A stretch of 64,000 bases of DNA, from positions 9,920,001-9,984,000 of the forward strand of contig CM120640.1 in assembly GCA_051362555.1 (NCBI GenBank), given 5' to 3'. A program made the translations under genes and the position numbers. Of the stretch, positions 14,901 through 29,900 are shown one piece after another (position 1 is the first letter of the stretch; every line of letters begins with the position of its first letter). The notes beneath the pieces are model-generated. The model had not been told where the DNA came from, did not search any database, and worked only from the letters and a program-made list of their open reading frames with translations. The stretch is from Lingula anatina (taxonomy: Eukaryota; Animalia; Brachiopoda).

Positions 14901-17900
14901 TGTACCTTTGTTCCTGGGTCTGATAGGGGACTTGTTCCCAGGACTGGACTGCCCCAGGGTCAGATACCCCAACTTCAATGATGCTGTGGAGGGAGTGCTG
15001 GTGGACAATAACTATATTTTGTTGCCACAACAGGTGAGTTAGGGTTTAAAGTAGTAAAGAGTTCAAGGCTTCAGCCACTCCTAAAACATGTCATGTTTTC
15101 TTTGGTTTTATATTGAATACACCCAAATCTGCAAAATTTATATAAAGTTATAAAAGCATAAGTTATAGAATTACTGTATAGGACTACCTGATTTTTCCAG
15201 GCTGACAAAGTCATCCAGCTGTATGAAACCATGTTAACCAGACACACTACTATGATAGTAGGACCAACTGGGGGTGGCAAGTCTGTGGTTCTCAACACCA
15301 TGGCACAGGCACAGACTAGGTAAGTTCTCTAGATAGATTTAATTCCTATTCTCTACTTTGTTCAATTTCATCATTTTTGTATAAATTCAATTTTAATTTT
15401 AGTTAAAGTATGCATATATCAGAAGCAAAAAGAAAAAATGTATCATAAATAGAAAATCTGAGAAAGCTAAGAAGTCTACATGTGCTTTAGTGCTAATTAC
15501 CACCCTGTTTTTACAGGCTGAACACTGTGACCAAGATGTACACCATCAACCCCAAGGACAGGCCAGTAGTGGAGTTGTATGGTATCCTTGACCCTACAAC
15601 CAGAGACTGGACAGATGGTCTGCTGTCCAACATTTTTAGAGAGATCAACAAACCCACAGATAAAAATGAGAGGAAGTACATTGTGTTTGATGGCGATGTT
15701 GATGCATTGTGGGTAGAAAACATGAACTCTGTGATGGATGACAACCGTCTGCTGACTCTGGCAAATGGAGAGAGAATCAGGTTACAGAAACATTGTGCTC
15801 TATTGTTTGAGGTAAGTCTTTTTTTCTCCAGCATATAGGGTTTCTGCCATGTTGCCTGGAATATAACTTAAGAAATGACAGTAAAATCAAAATGATTTAA
15901 ACAGTTTAAATTTGGCACTGATATATTATTATCATGGGTTATATTTTAACTTTATTTAGTGTGTTTCTAAAAAGTATTCAATAATGATATAAATAAATAG
16001 ACAGATAAATAAATACAAGTCTTGGAAATCTGTCATCCAAAGTATGTTGTTTTTACCCAGTGCAGGCTGCTTCTTAAATTGTCATCATACAACAAAACAA
16101 TAATGACAACTCTCTTTATACCACAGGTGTATGATCTCCAGTATGCCTCACCTGCCACAGTATCCAGGTGTGGTATGGTCTATGTGGACCCTAAGGACCT
16201 GGGCTACCAGCCCTTCTGGGACAAGTGGCTCAACCTCAGGCAGAGCAAGACTGAGAAAGAGTTCCTGAAACAGCTGTATGACAAATACATTGTCTGTCTC
16301 ATTGAGATGATCACTGAAGGTGTTATAGATGGGAAACAAGGAGATAAGTTGAAGACCATTGTGCCTCTGACAAATCTGAATATGGTAGGTTGATACACTT
16401 TGAATTTTGATTTTCATACTGACATAATTATTGATGCAGGTTATCTTTGTGATTCTGATAATTGACTAAAATGTAGGAAAATAATTCATTCAGCTACCAT
16501 AGTATTTAGCGATATTGAAAAAGATATATAACAAATATTACAAAATTCACATTATCTATTTTAATAGGTGACCCAGCTGGCCAATATGCTGGATGCTCTC
16601 CTGGAGAAGGAGGTATTAGAGTTTGAGGTGATGGAAGCTTACTTCCTGCAGGCAATGACCTGGTCACTAGGGGCTGGACTGCTGGAGGATGGACGACTCA
16701 AGTTTGATGCACAGGTTAAATACCTGGCCTCATTGCCCACTGTGGATGATGAAACTAAGATTGCAAATATAGGTATGGACTGGTATTCTTATGTTTCTCT
16801 TGCAGACTATTTATTTTACAACTGTCATTTAAAGTAAGGGCAATAGTAAGGTCATGAGAATCCACACTTGTTTGATTAAGATATTTACTATAATGTTAAA
16901 GATGTTTCCTGAAGCACTTTGATGTATTTCTAGTATCAGCAAGTGTTCCAATTCTTGTTTACAACACAGGCATTTTCTGAAAAAACATTTTTGTATGTTT
17001 TTGTTCCATTAATGCTTTCCTAATGTTATACACATTATGTATCAACAAGATATTTATTGATAAACATGTTTTTATTATATTTGCAGGTGAAATGCCAAAT
17101 GTAGCACCCACCCTGTTTGAATATTTCTTCGATGCTGAGAAGAAACAGTGGCTGCCATGGTCATCACTGGTTCCCAAATACATTCATGACCCTGAGAAGA
17201 AGTTCAATGAAATTCTAGTCCCTACAGTGGACACAGTGCGCACCACCTGGCTGCTGCAGTTGATGATGAGAATTAAGAGGCCTGTGGTACTTGTGGGTGA
17301 CACTGGTACCTCAAAGACTGCAACAATTCAAGATTTCCTCAGAAACTTGGATCAGGAAGCACATGTTAGTTGAGAAAGTGGGATATCAGTGAAAATGTGT
17401 TTTTGTCAGCAGCAGATAAATGAATATCTAGCCAAATTGATTTTGGTTACCTTTGGAAAATAGATTGGCATAACGTCATGTATTTATGGTGTGGAATTTT
17501 AGATCATGCATGTTGAATGATTCAGAGTAAACAGTAGTGCATAATAGTTCATGTTTAGATATTTCAACTTGTGGCTCATTGTATAAAAGGTTTAGGCATG
17601 GGGGGAACAAGTAGCCAGTGCGTATACCCAAATTCTATTAATACTTTTGTTTGTTTGTAGCTGTTGCTGAATGTGAACTTCTCCTCAAGAACCACTTCCC
17701 TTGACGTCCAGCGTAACTTGGAGGCCAGTGTGGAGAAAAGGACCAAGGACACTTACGGACCTCCACCAGGGAAGAGGATGCTGGTCTTCATTGATGACAT
17801 GAACATGCCACAGGTAATGTGTTCATATTGATGAATATAATGCGGTATTGTTTTGTATCAGTTGTCTCATCTTTCATGTGATAAAGAAGTACAGAAACTT

Positions 17901-20900
17901 TTGTTTAAATTTGTTTTACTTTTTGTAAATTTTTTATTCATACAGTATCATGTGATTTACCCTTTTACAGGTTGACACTTATGGAACACAACAACCTATT
18001 GCCCTGTTGAAGCTCTTATTGGACAGAGGCGGTATCTATGATCGTGGGAAGGATCTTAACTGGAAGAACATCAAGGACATTGGTTTCTTGGCAGCCATGG
18101 GTAAAGCTGGTGGTGGCCGTAATGAAACAGATCCACGCTTTGTGTCCTTGTTTAGTGTGTTCAACATGACATTCCCAGCAGAAGAATCCCTGTTCCATAT
18201 TTACAATTCTATATTGATGGGACATCTGCAGTCCTTCCCCAAGGAGGTCCAAGATATAGGAGGCACCATCATTAGAATGACTATGGAGCTTTACAAGTAA
18301 GTTAACTTTGATTCATAAACATTGAGAAGATAAGTTTAGAAATTTTGATCACAATGAAAATAATTTTGAATGAAAAAACTTGATTGACAAAGGATTTCAT
18401 ATTTGATAAGCATTCCTGCTTTCAAATAAAAAAGAATAGTGATTGTGTTTAGTGTTGTTTTAGAAAATGTAACAACAAATAAAAGCATTGCAATAAAGCC
18501 TTTATAGTTCCATAATTATAGTTCTGCAGAATCCATACAGTATTTTGTACAAAAAAAAGAAGAAATTTATATCATAATTATCCTCTATCTCTCTTAGCAC
18601 TGTTGTGAAAGACATGCCTCCAACACCCTCCAAGTTCCATTACATCTTCAACCTTCGTGACCTGTCCAGAATCACCAACGGTCTGTGCCTGACCACTCCA
18701 GACAGGTTTCCCACGGTGGACAAGTTTGTCCGTGTGTGGAGAAATGAGTGTCTTAGGGTCATCTATGACAGGCTGATTAACGAGGCTGACCAGGAGCAAG
18801 TTACTGTAAGATAATATTGATGGGGTCATCAGTATGATTTGTGTACCTAATTTTAAATTAAAACTGATGCAGGGGTCATTCTAAGTTGAAAATTTATTTC
18901 CTTTCAGACTGTTTACATCTTTACGATATGTTTTCCATTTCCAGCTCAGACAAAAAAAAAATCATCATTCACATTGAGTTTCATTTAGAGCTGAGATATT
19001 TTTGTTTTATACTTCATATTAGGGATATATTAAGAACCTATTGGAAGAAAACTTTAAGAAGGAGCTTGAATTTGTTATGAGAGAACCAATCTTGTTTGGG
19101 GACTACCGCACAGCACTTGATGAGGCAGAGCCAAGACTGTATGAGGATATCCAAGACTTTGAAGCTTCAAAGGCTTTGTTTCAAGAGGTACAGAAGAGTG
19201 TTTTGGTTACCATTGTTTAATTTAACTCTTTATTTTTCATACAGCAAGAAATGTTTAGAACAGTAGCAAAAGTTAAAATGCAATCATTTATTAAAATTCC
19301 CTCTTAACTACCAATTAAAATTTGTTTTCTTCCCCAAATGTGAATTTATCTTAATTAGCATACCAATTCTTTTTTTCAGATTTTGGAAGAATACAATGAA
19401 AACCATACACCAATGAACCTGGTCCTTTTTGACGATGCCTTGTCCCATTTAACCCGTGTCCACCGTGTCATCCGTATGGATCGCGGCCATGCACTGTTGG
19501 TTGGTGTAGGTGGAAGTGGAAAACAGAGCATCACTCGCCTGGCTGCGTACACTGCTTCATGCGAAGTGTTTGAGATCACACTCAGTCGTGGGTACAGCGA
19601 GAACAGTTTCCGTGATGATCTGAAGATTCTGTATAATAAACTGGGAATTGAGAATAAGAAGGTTGTGTTCATGTTTGGAGACCAGCATGTTGTTGAGGAG
19701 GGATTCTTGGAGCTGATAAATAATATGTTGACATCTGGAATGGTGCCTGCTCTTTACCCTGATGATGAGAAGGAAGGGATTATAGGCCAGGTAATTCTTT
19801 CTTGTTTTGTCTGTTTGAAATTGATAGTGGGCTTTTTTTAGATAAAAGAACGAGAAAAAAAAATCATTAATAAATGGATATGGATTAACATCATTGTTTG
19901 AAATCTAGTTTTTCATATTAATTTTAAAAACCTTTTAGATGTGCTTGTTATAATGTTACCTTATGTTTCATGCATTGCAAGTTTATTATTATACCTGTGT
20001 TTCTACCCTTCTTGTTCATATTTCATTTTTTAGATACGTAATGAGGCCATGAAGGCAGGCTCTGGTCCAGCCAGAGAGAATATCTGGAATTATTTTGTGA
20101 ACAAATGTGCTAACAATCTCCACATAGTCATGGCAATGTCCCCCACTGGTGACACACTGAGGACCAGGTGTAGGAACTTTCCAGGTCAGATTTAGTTGAA
20201 ACATTTATTTGATATTATGTAATTTAATTATTTTAGAAAAATAATTTTTCTTCAGTTATAGTATCAGTCAGATAACTTTGAAATGCAAAACTAGCTGTGA
20301 AGATTAAGATATTTAGATATGATTTTGGCGGATTTGCTAGAGCTATATTAGAGAGTCTTAAATATTTATTCATTGATTTTTGTTACATGGATTATAACTG
20401 TTTCACCTTTCACCTCTATTTCTCAGGCATGGTGAACAACACCAACATTGACTGGTTCTTCCCCTGGCCAGAACAAGCCTTGTATGCAGTGGCCAGTGTC
20501 TTTGTATCTCCAGAAGTAAGTATGAGGAAAATGCACTTGAGGTGCCACAAAGATATAATCATGGAAGAAATTTTGAGCATTTGTTCCACGTAATATTTTT
20601 CATACACGTGTACATACACACATGCATTGCACAGCACTGTAAAAAAGGTGTTGACTAAAAATATTGCATGATTTCATCATCTTTTGGTTAATGTAGAAGT
20701 TTATGGATAATGATTTTCATTTATCTTTTCAGAATCCTCTAGTACCAGAGGACCAACACAGTAAGATAGTCAGTCACATTGTACATGTACACCAGTCTGT
20801 GACTACATATAGTATAGAATTCCTGCAGAAACTTAGGAGATTGAATTATGTCACTCCTAAGAATTACCTGGATTTCATCAGTACATATCTCCGCCTTCTG

Positions 20901-23900
20901 GAAGAAAAAGACAACTTTATTTTAGCACAGGTAAATTACATGTTTGATTCTGCTCAAATAGTAGAGCTTATTGTTATAAAGGTTGTTTTTGAAAAGTATG
21001 TAACAAAATGTAAAACACTCTGATGGGAGTGCATAAATATGCAAGTCTTACTTTTTTCTTCAGTGCTTGCATTCATTACTTCTTGCACCTTAATGTCAGA
21101 AAAAAATCATAAGTTGATGTTATCTTCAAGCCTTTAATATAATGCAAGACATGTGTTTGAGTCTCCAGTGCTACAATTCTTTTCCAGTGTGAGCGTCTAG
21201 GAGGAGGCATGACCAAGCTAGCAGAGGCCAGCGGTCAGTTGAATGAGCTGAATGAGAAGCTGGCTGTCCAGAAGGTGGCTGTGACAGAAAAGACAGCTGC
21301 CTGTGAAGAACTCCTGGAGGAGATTGCCACTGGTAAAGCACATGCTGAGGAGAAAAAGGCAATGGCTGAAGCAAAGGGAGTGGAGATAGAGGAACAGAGT
21401 AAAATTATTAGTGAGGAGAAGGTGAGATTTTGTGCATGGACTTTTTAATAGAAGAAATGTTCTTATTTTTCATATAAAGGAAGTTATTTTATTTATTTAT
21501 TTTATATTAATTAATTAATTTATTTATTTATTTTAATTTTTTTTTTTTTTTGCTTTTCATAAAGTACAGCACCATACCATGGTGTTTTTTGCCCAACTTG
21601 TAATTCTATTAGACTTACTCTGTTTGACTTTCAGTGTATTTTGATGTTAGAGATTCAGTATGAAGTTTTATTCATTTCTATTATGCATTTTAGGCTGATG
21701 CAGAGGCATCACTGGCTGAAGCTTTGCCAGCTTTGGAGGCAGCCCGTCTTGCCTTGGATGACCTTGACAAGTCAGATGTCACAGAAATTAGGTACAGAGA
21801 AAGAGATAGAGGTTTAAAATATTAGCTTTAAAAATTATTTTTAAAATTATACTTAACACGTAATTTTTTTTCCAATGATATTCGTAAAAATGTATGTATA
21901 TTTTTCCCTTTAGGTCATTTGCCAAGCCCCCTAAGATGGTGCAGACAGTGTGTGAGTGTATTGTTGTAATGAGAGGAATCAAGGAGGTGTCTTGGAAGTC
22001 TGCCAAGGGAATGATGTCTGAGGCTAACTTCCTCAAGTCTCTCACTGAGATGGATGTAGACGCCATCACTCCTAAACAGGTGTCCACTGTGAAAGGTCAG
22101 TCTATAGTGACCATGGTGTTGATGGAAGTTTTTTTAAGCATCTTTAATTAGACTACTTTCCATTTTTATTGTAAGTCAAAAGGTTGTATATAAATAGATG
22201 TTGCATGAATAATGAAGTGGAAAATGTTCTTTCTAATTCCATACCCTCTCTGATTTTCCTATTCTTTTTCAGTATGATATGTATAGCTTAAAATTCACAG
22301 ATTTAATATTGTCATATAGTTAAAAATCTACTGTAGTGGTTGTAATGGTTCTCAAAATGATTGAGATATGCACATCACATGATAATAGAATACATCATCA
22401 CAGTATATGCTGAACATATTCATTATAATTGTAGGTTTCCTGAAGGAGGGTGAAGTGACTCAGGATGAAATGAAGACCATCAGTAAAGCTGGCTATGGTC
22501 TACTGAAATTTGTAGATGCTGTACTGGGTTACTGTGTGGTAGCCAGGGAGATTAAGCCTAAGAGAGACAAGGTTTGTCACTAATGTGATAGTACTTTTCT
22601 ATAGTAGGTAGTTGGTCCTAAAAAAATGGTACCTTCATGATTGTCACCATAATTAGTAAAAATAAAACAGAAAAGAAAGCAAGATTCCCATCTAACAATC
22701 AAAGCAATAAACAGATATTACAAAATATGAAAAAATAGAAATATAAAATATAAAAAATGCTAACAGTATTTTTATCATTTCATTGTTTATTTCTTACTTT
22801 CCATTAGCACTTCATTATTTTTAACTTTTTTTTATAACCGTATGACTATCCAAAAGATATGATTGTTGAACTGCTAAACACATAATATGTATTAACTTCT
22901 TAATATCTTCTTAGGTGGCAAGACTGGAAAAGAGCTACCACCAGGCCAAGCGTGACTTGGACAAGATTACAAAGGAAGTGGCCACTCTAGAGTCCACTCT
23001 GGCAGATCTTGCTCAGCGCTATGAGAATGCCATAGCAGAGAAGCAGGCTCTACAGGAAGAGGCTGAGATCATGGAGAGACGTCTGATTGCTGCTGATAAA
23101 CTTATCTCTGGCTTAGGTTCAGAAAATGTTAGGTAGGTGTCATAACGATGAATCTATTTCATATCTGTCCAGTGACAATCTTTAAATGTTGCTCAATAAG
23201 TCTTAGACAAAAAAAAACAATATGTTTGAGTTCAATCTTTTAAATATTCATTATGTACAGTATTGCCTTTTGTGAAATTATGGTGGAGATTTTTCTGTTG
23301 AACAAAGAAATAATGTTCTATTATCCTGTGTTGCTTTATTTCAAGATTGAAGATTCATATTATTTATATATATTATAAATATATGTTCTCCATTGTCTTC
23401 CAGATGGACCAAAGAGCTTGAAGAGTTGAAGCAGATGAGGATCAGGCTTCTTGGTGACTGTCTCCAGGGCTCGGCCTTCCTCAGCTATGTGGGAGCCTTC
23501 AGTTGGGAGTTCCGCAGTGCTATGATGAATGACAACTGGGAAAAGAATATTCTGGATCTGCAAATCCCCATGAGTCAGCCTTTTGCTTTGGAACAACTGC
23601 TCACTAATGATGTAGAGATCAGCAAGTGAGTTGTTGGTTTTCTGTGGAATGAGTTGCCCAATTTTTCTAATTTCATTTTAAGGAATTTAAAACAAAACTA
23701 CAAAGATCTTGTACAGTGATACAGTGATTTAGTTTATCAGTTCTTACAAACTTTTCTGTTCTTTAGTTACTGTTACTGGCACTCATTTTGAATCCTTTCT
23801 CTTGTTAAAACAGTCAACATTTTGCATACCGACGGAAATAATGTTAACAGAAAGAGGAAGTGTACTGTGTAGTTATCTGTAACAGAGAGAAATTGTTCAG

Positions 23901-26900
23901 AAACTGTTTCTTCACAAACATTATTTGATCATTCAGATGGACATCAGAGAGTTTGCCTCCAGATGAGCTGTCCATTCAGAATGGTATCTTGACCACTCGT
24001 GCCAGCCGCTTCCCACTCTGTATTGACCCACAGCAACAAGCCCTCAACTGGATCAAGAAGAAAGAAGAGCCACATAATCTCAAAGTAAGTATATGTGTAC
24101 ATGCACAATATCCCCACGAATGATTATCTATCTATAAATATATGCATACATGTGCTAGTATTTTTTATGTATTCAGTACTACATGAAATATCCAATTATT
24201 GATACAGGTAACATTTTACAATTCCCAATGACCATACACATTTGCTAAACTGCAAATACCATTGATGTTTTAATATAAAACTGGAATTATTTTTTTAGGA
24301 AAAAACATAACAGATTTACTTATATTATCCTTTTGTTTGCAGGTGAGCTCATTCAATGACCCAGACTTCCTGAAGCAGTTGGAGATGGCCATCAAGTATG
24401 GCTTCCCATTCTTGTTCCAAGATGTGGACGAATACATTGATCCTGTCATTGATAATGTGCTCGAGAAGAACATCAAAGGTAAGCAACTGTAGACTCATTC
24501 TAATTATAAAACTGTTAATACATTAACTAATTACTAATAATTACAGAGGCATTAATAAAATGGTTTGATTACATCTAATACAAGAATATTTGAAAGCAGT
24601 GTCATGAAAATAAAATAAATTATTTTAGATAAATCAGACATAAGTTAATATGTGTTCAAATATATTTTCTTCTTGTGTTCCTTCATTCCCTTCATAAAAG
24701 TAATGAATTATTTGATTCTTTGTTCTAGGTGGTCAGGGTAGAGAATTTATCATGCTTGGAGACAAGGAAGTGGACTATGATCCTAACTTCAGACTGTACC
24801 TGAACACCAAGCTGTCTAACCCCAAGTATACCCCAGCTCACTTTGGCAAGTCTATGGTCATCAACTACACTGTCACTCTCAAGGTAAAATATAAGATATC
24901 CCATTTTCAGTGCACAACAAAGGCATTCTGAATATTCACATTTTATCTCTAATTATTGAATTAAGTTGAAATTTGTAGTTTTATTACAGTGTATTGATTT
25001 AGTAAACTTGTATGTATATTTGTATTTAGAATGGATAGAAAATCTTTTACCAGACATTAGACAGATTATTTTAATAATGCTGTTTGTGAATGAAAACAAC
25101 CCAGTCTTCTTTAATTGTCTGTACAAATAAATACACAAGTTAATGACCTGATGTCATCATTTTCTGCAGGGTTTGGAAGACCAGTTGCTGAGTGTGATTG
25201 TGAAGTCAGAGAGGAAAGAGCTGGAAGAGCAAAGAGAAAGATTGATCCAGGAAACAAGGTATGTGACAAGTCTTCTTATTTTCTTTGATAGGAGAAAATA
25301 GGTTGAGATTTGTTGAGATATGTCTTATTCAGTCAGGTTTTTGTCTTAATTTTTATACAGTTAATGGGCTGAGACATGAGGTCATAATAATGGACTGAGA
25401 CAAAAGGTCATTTATATGCAGTGTACTCGTATTCATCAACCCCTTCATTCATATTCAGTGCCAACAAGAGCTTGCTGAAGGACCTGGAGGATGCCCTGCT
25501 GAGAGAACTGGCTACTTCTACAGGCAACATGTTGGACAACACAGATCTCATCCAGACCCTTGAAGAAACAAAAGCCAAAGCATCTGAGGTGGCAGAAAAG
25601 TTGAAGCTTGGAGCCAAGACTGCCATTGATATTGACAAGCTTCGTGATGGGTACCGTCCTGCAGCCAAGCGTGGTGCCATTTTGTTTTTCATCCTTGCTG
25701 AGATGGCCAGTATTAATACTATGTATCAGTATTCCTTGGCGGCTTACCTGGATGTGTTCCAGTTCTCTCTGAAGAAGAGCTTGCCAGATACTATACTGCA
25801 GAAGAGGTTGAGGAATATCATGGATACTTTGACACACAATGTCTACAACTATGGTTGCACAGGTAAGAAATGTTCTTCAAAAATGAGTAAAATAGATAGC
25901 ATAATATTTCCGATATCTTTTTCTTAAAATATTTGCTTTGAGGATGAAAAAAAAATTAGGATGCATGTTATTTCCTTTTTGTAAAATAACTGACTCTCTA
26001 AAATTGGTTCTCGTCCTAAGGTAATGTTTAGGAATTTTCTACATACTCATTAATTATTTCTGATGCTGTCTTTGTCTTTTTAAACATGTTTACAATGTTA
26101 TTTGACTTCCAGGTATCTTTGAGAAACACAAGCTGTTATTCTCCTTCCAAATCACAGTGAAGTTGGAGATGGATGAGCAAAGGATCAGACAAGAGGAACT
26201 GGACTTCTTTATCAAGGTACCGCACAGGAATAGATAATGTAGTAACATTTTCAGATTATCATATCCAAAATAACTACAGCTTCCCCTTTTCTAATAACGT
26301 GCAGTTAGGTGTGTTATTCTGTTATGCATAAGGCCTGCTACTAACTTATCTTGAAACTCAATTTTTCTGTGAATCACATATTATAACACATACTTATGAA
26401 CATACATACACACATATGACAAAATGTTTTAGTACTAAGATACCTTTTCAGATGCCAATAACATTATTTAAGAAACACATAAGTTGTAAAATTTGTTAAA
26501 CTGGCATTCTTTACATCTGGACTGTCAAAAGGAAACACAAATTGTAAAGGTGAGTCCCATACCCCAACACCTTCACCCCACCATCCTCACCACACAACCA
26601 CCTTTCAGTCACATACATTTTTCTTACCATTCAGATACCACACGTATTGCAGCATGCCATCCTCACTGTATGTTATTATTATGATGCACATTACACCCCT
26701 TAATCCATTTTATTTTACAGTTGAAACACATAAAATATAAGTTTATGTTAAATATAGAAGTCACAGTCATTTTGATTAGTGTTAATAGATTACAGAATGT
26801 TTTGATTTAATTATCGCCAACTTTTGTCTATTTCTAGCAACAGTTTACATCTTTTTTATTTAAGGAGCATGTTATTTCATGGTATATGAGGTTATGCATG

Positions 26901-29900
26901 AGAAAAACAGTTTGTTCAGCAGATAAATGTCACTATGTCTTCCGGCACAAAGAAGTCAAGCTCAACAAATCTTTGTGTTTAAGTCTATAAGCATACATAT
27001 ATGTGGGCACTTGCAACTTAATCTCAGTGAGCAGATGTGACAAGACATATTATACAGCATCAATGTACATGTTGTCAAGGGGTAGCATTTTGTTGTATTT
27101 CACAGTATCTGAATACTGTTTCTTGTAGTCTCACCTAGCTCTCTAACATATGATATTCCTTCTGTGTTTCAGGGTAGCATAGCACTGGAGAAGAGCAAGC
27201 GAGGCCGTCCATTTAAATGGGTCCCAGAACAGGGCTGGGAGGACATGATTAGATTGGCAGAGATAGAAAAAGGTGCTTTTGGAACCATACTGGAAGATGT
27301 AGAGAAGAATGAGAAGGCGTGGAAACAGGTATTTTGATATAATGTTCTGTTTTGGATTGGATAGTTTTTGTGTGTATGTTTGTGTGTGTGTGTTCATTGT
27401 CTCAAGTCTCAATTTTAAAATAACCTATCATTTTATTCTACATCCCATGAATGACCACATTATCCTTGTAGAATTAACAGATGAATGCTAAAGCTGAGTC
27501 AGCCCAACCTTCTTCACTTTTATTCCATCCACTCTTTACTTTTCCAGTGGTTTGACCATGATTCACCAGAATCTCAGCCTTTCCCACTGAAATATGAAGA
27601 CAGCCTCTCTGACTTCCAACGCCTGATGCTTCTCCGCTGCTGGAGAGTGGATCGTATCTACAGAGCCATCACTGACTACATCACCAAAGTTATGGGTGAG
27701 AAGTACGTCACGCCACCTATCATCAGTTTTGAGGCCATCTTTGAGCAGAGTACCCCCACCTCTCCCATCGTGTTTATCCTGAGCCCAGGCTCTGACCCTG
27801 CCAGTGATCTGATGAAGCTGGCTGAGAGGACTGGATTTGGAACCAACAAACTCAAGTTCTTGTCCATGGGACAGGGACAGGAGAAGGTAAACTTATATTG
27901 ATGATAAGTTGGGTTCCTTTTTTATGTGGTTGTCAGTTATTTTGTATGATATAAAAATACATGCTGCGTATTCCAAGCACTCCAGCAATAGCTGGATTTA
28001 TTCTTGGTGAATGAAATTAAATATTTTCTATTTTAATCAATATTTAATTAATATTAAGAGATGTATTATTAGCACCATGTTCAACCTTTTTCAGATTGCC
28101 ATGCAGTTCCTGGAAACAGCTGTGGCTAGAGGTCAGTGGCTCATGTTGCAGAACTGCCATCTACTGGTGAGATGGTTGCGTGACTTGGAGAAGGAGATAG
28201 AGAAACTGGCCAAGCCTCATCCAGACTTCCGCCTCTGGCTGACCACTGAGCCAACCTCAGCTTTCCCCATTGGTATCCTGCAGAGGTCACTTAAAGTAAG
28301 TTGAAGGGATTGTTTTTACTTTGTTTCTTTACAAAAGAATTTAACCTCAGTAACTCTAAAGATTCATAAACTATTTAATATATATTTTGTATTTTCATAT
28401 ATTTGGTCCAATGAATGCAAAGAAAAAAAAAAAATAATAATAAAGAAAATGAAAGAAAGAAATTAAGAAAGAAAAGATGTACACTAGACAGTAAACCATT
28501 AACTTCTTCAAGTAACTTATTCTGAAAATCTTTCTTTAAAAAATAACATGTGTCTTTTCCATTTCAGGTTGTCACAGAACCTCCCAATGGTCTGAAGCTG
28601 AACCTGCGCAGTACTTACTTCAAGATCCCAGCCACAGCTCTAGTGGAGTGCCCCCACCCTGCCTTCCCCTCCCTGGTCTTTGTGCTGGCCTTCTTCCACG
28701 CTGTGGTCCAAGAGAGGAGGAAGTATGGGAAGATAGGGTGGAATGTGCCTTATGATTTCAATGAGTCAGACTTCCAGGTGTGCATGCAGATCCTGAATAC
28801 CTACCTGACCAAGGCTCATGAGAACAATGAGACTAAGATACCATGGAACAGCTTGAAGTACTTGATTGGAGAGGTAATTATAACTGATTTCTTTCAGTAT
28901 CACATGTTGACAAGAATCTAACGTTATCCCATTTGTATTACTGAAACCTTTTTTTTTTTTAACAAAATAAGAGAGTGTCAGATTGTCTGATTGGATATTT
29001 GAAGTTATTTGCTTTTACCCTATGATGTGTTACATATTTTGGCTCTGATTATTTGTTTTACTGTAAGTGATTCAAAAAAGAAAAAATAAAATAACATGTG
29101 AGAAGAGTTTCATTAGCTCTGTATGTACCAATTTAAATTATTGTTTTTCTTTTTATCAAGAGCTTATAAAATATGTAGGTATTACCTCCAATATTTCTGT
29201 GACTGTCAGTCACCATCATCAGGGAGTAAATGACTAGGGTAATTTCACCTGGAATGAAAATCCAGGTCAATTGCCCCTAATCCCTAATAACATGTATTAA
29301 GTGGTAATTCAGAAATTAATGTTGTTGCTATTATTTTTCTTCTTATTATTATTTATTAATGGTATTATTTATTTAATTAGTTATTGCAATATAAACAAAT
29401 TATGATATCTGTCACCATAGGTCATGTATGGAGGCCGTGCCATTGATAACTTTGATCGTCGCATCCTGAACACCTACATGGATGAATACATGGGTGACTT
29501 CATCTTTGACACCTTCCAGCCTTTCCATTTCTATGTGAATGAAGAAGTTGACTACAAAATCCCTGAAACTGGCATGAGAGATGTCTATACAGGTAATGTC
29601 ACACTGAGCTGGTTTTGGTAAAGACTTACATTGTACAGTTGTATTTTATTATACAGTGACTGTTGGTTTTATTACAGGGAAATCAGTACATAGACATGAT
29701 TTGTTTATTTTATTATACAGCGACTGTTGGTTTTATTACAGGGAAATCAGTACATAGACATGATTTGTTTAATTGATGTCAGGTCATTTCAGGATGAATA
29801 GATTGAATTGCATACTTGCCAGTAATAGCAACAGGTTTGAAATACTGCAGTGTGCATCTGAGAGCAGACTATTCCAACTTGATAACATACATATGAGTTG

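Noticed and set aside
26520-26556. Strong donor-like AAG|gtgagt in a DNAH10 intron
   Set aside because: Flanking exons (ending 26216, starting 27173) already join without a gap in the protein, and no good acceptor lies upstream.
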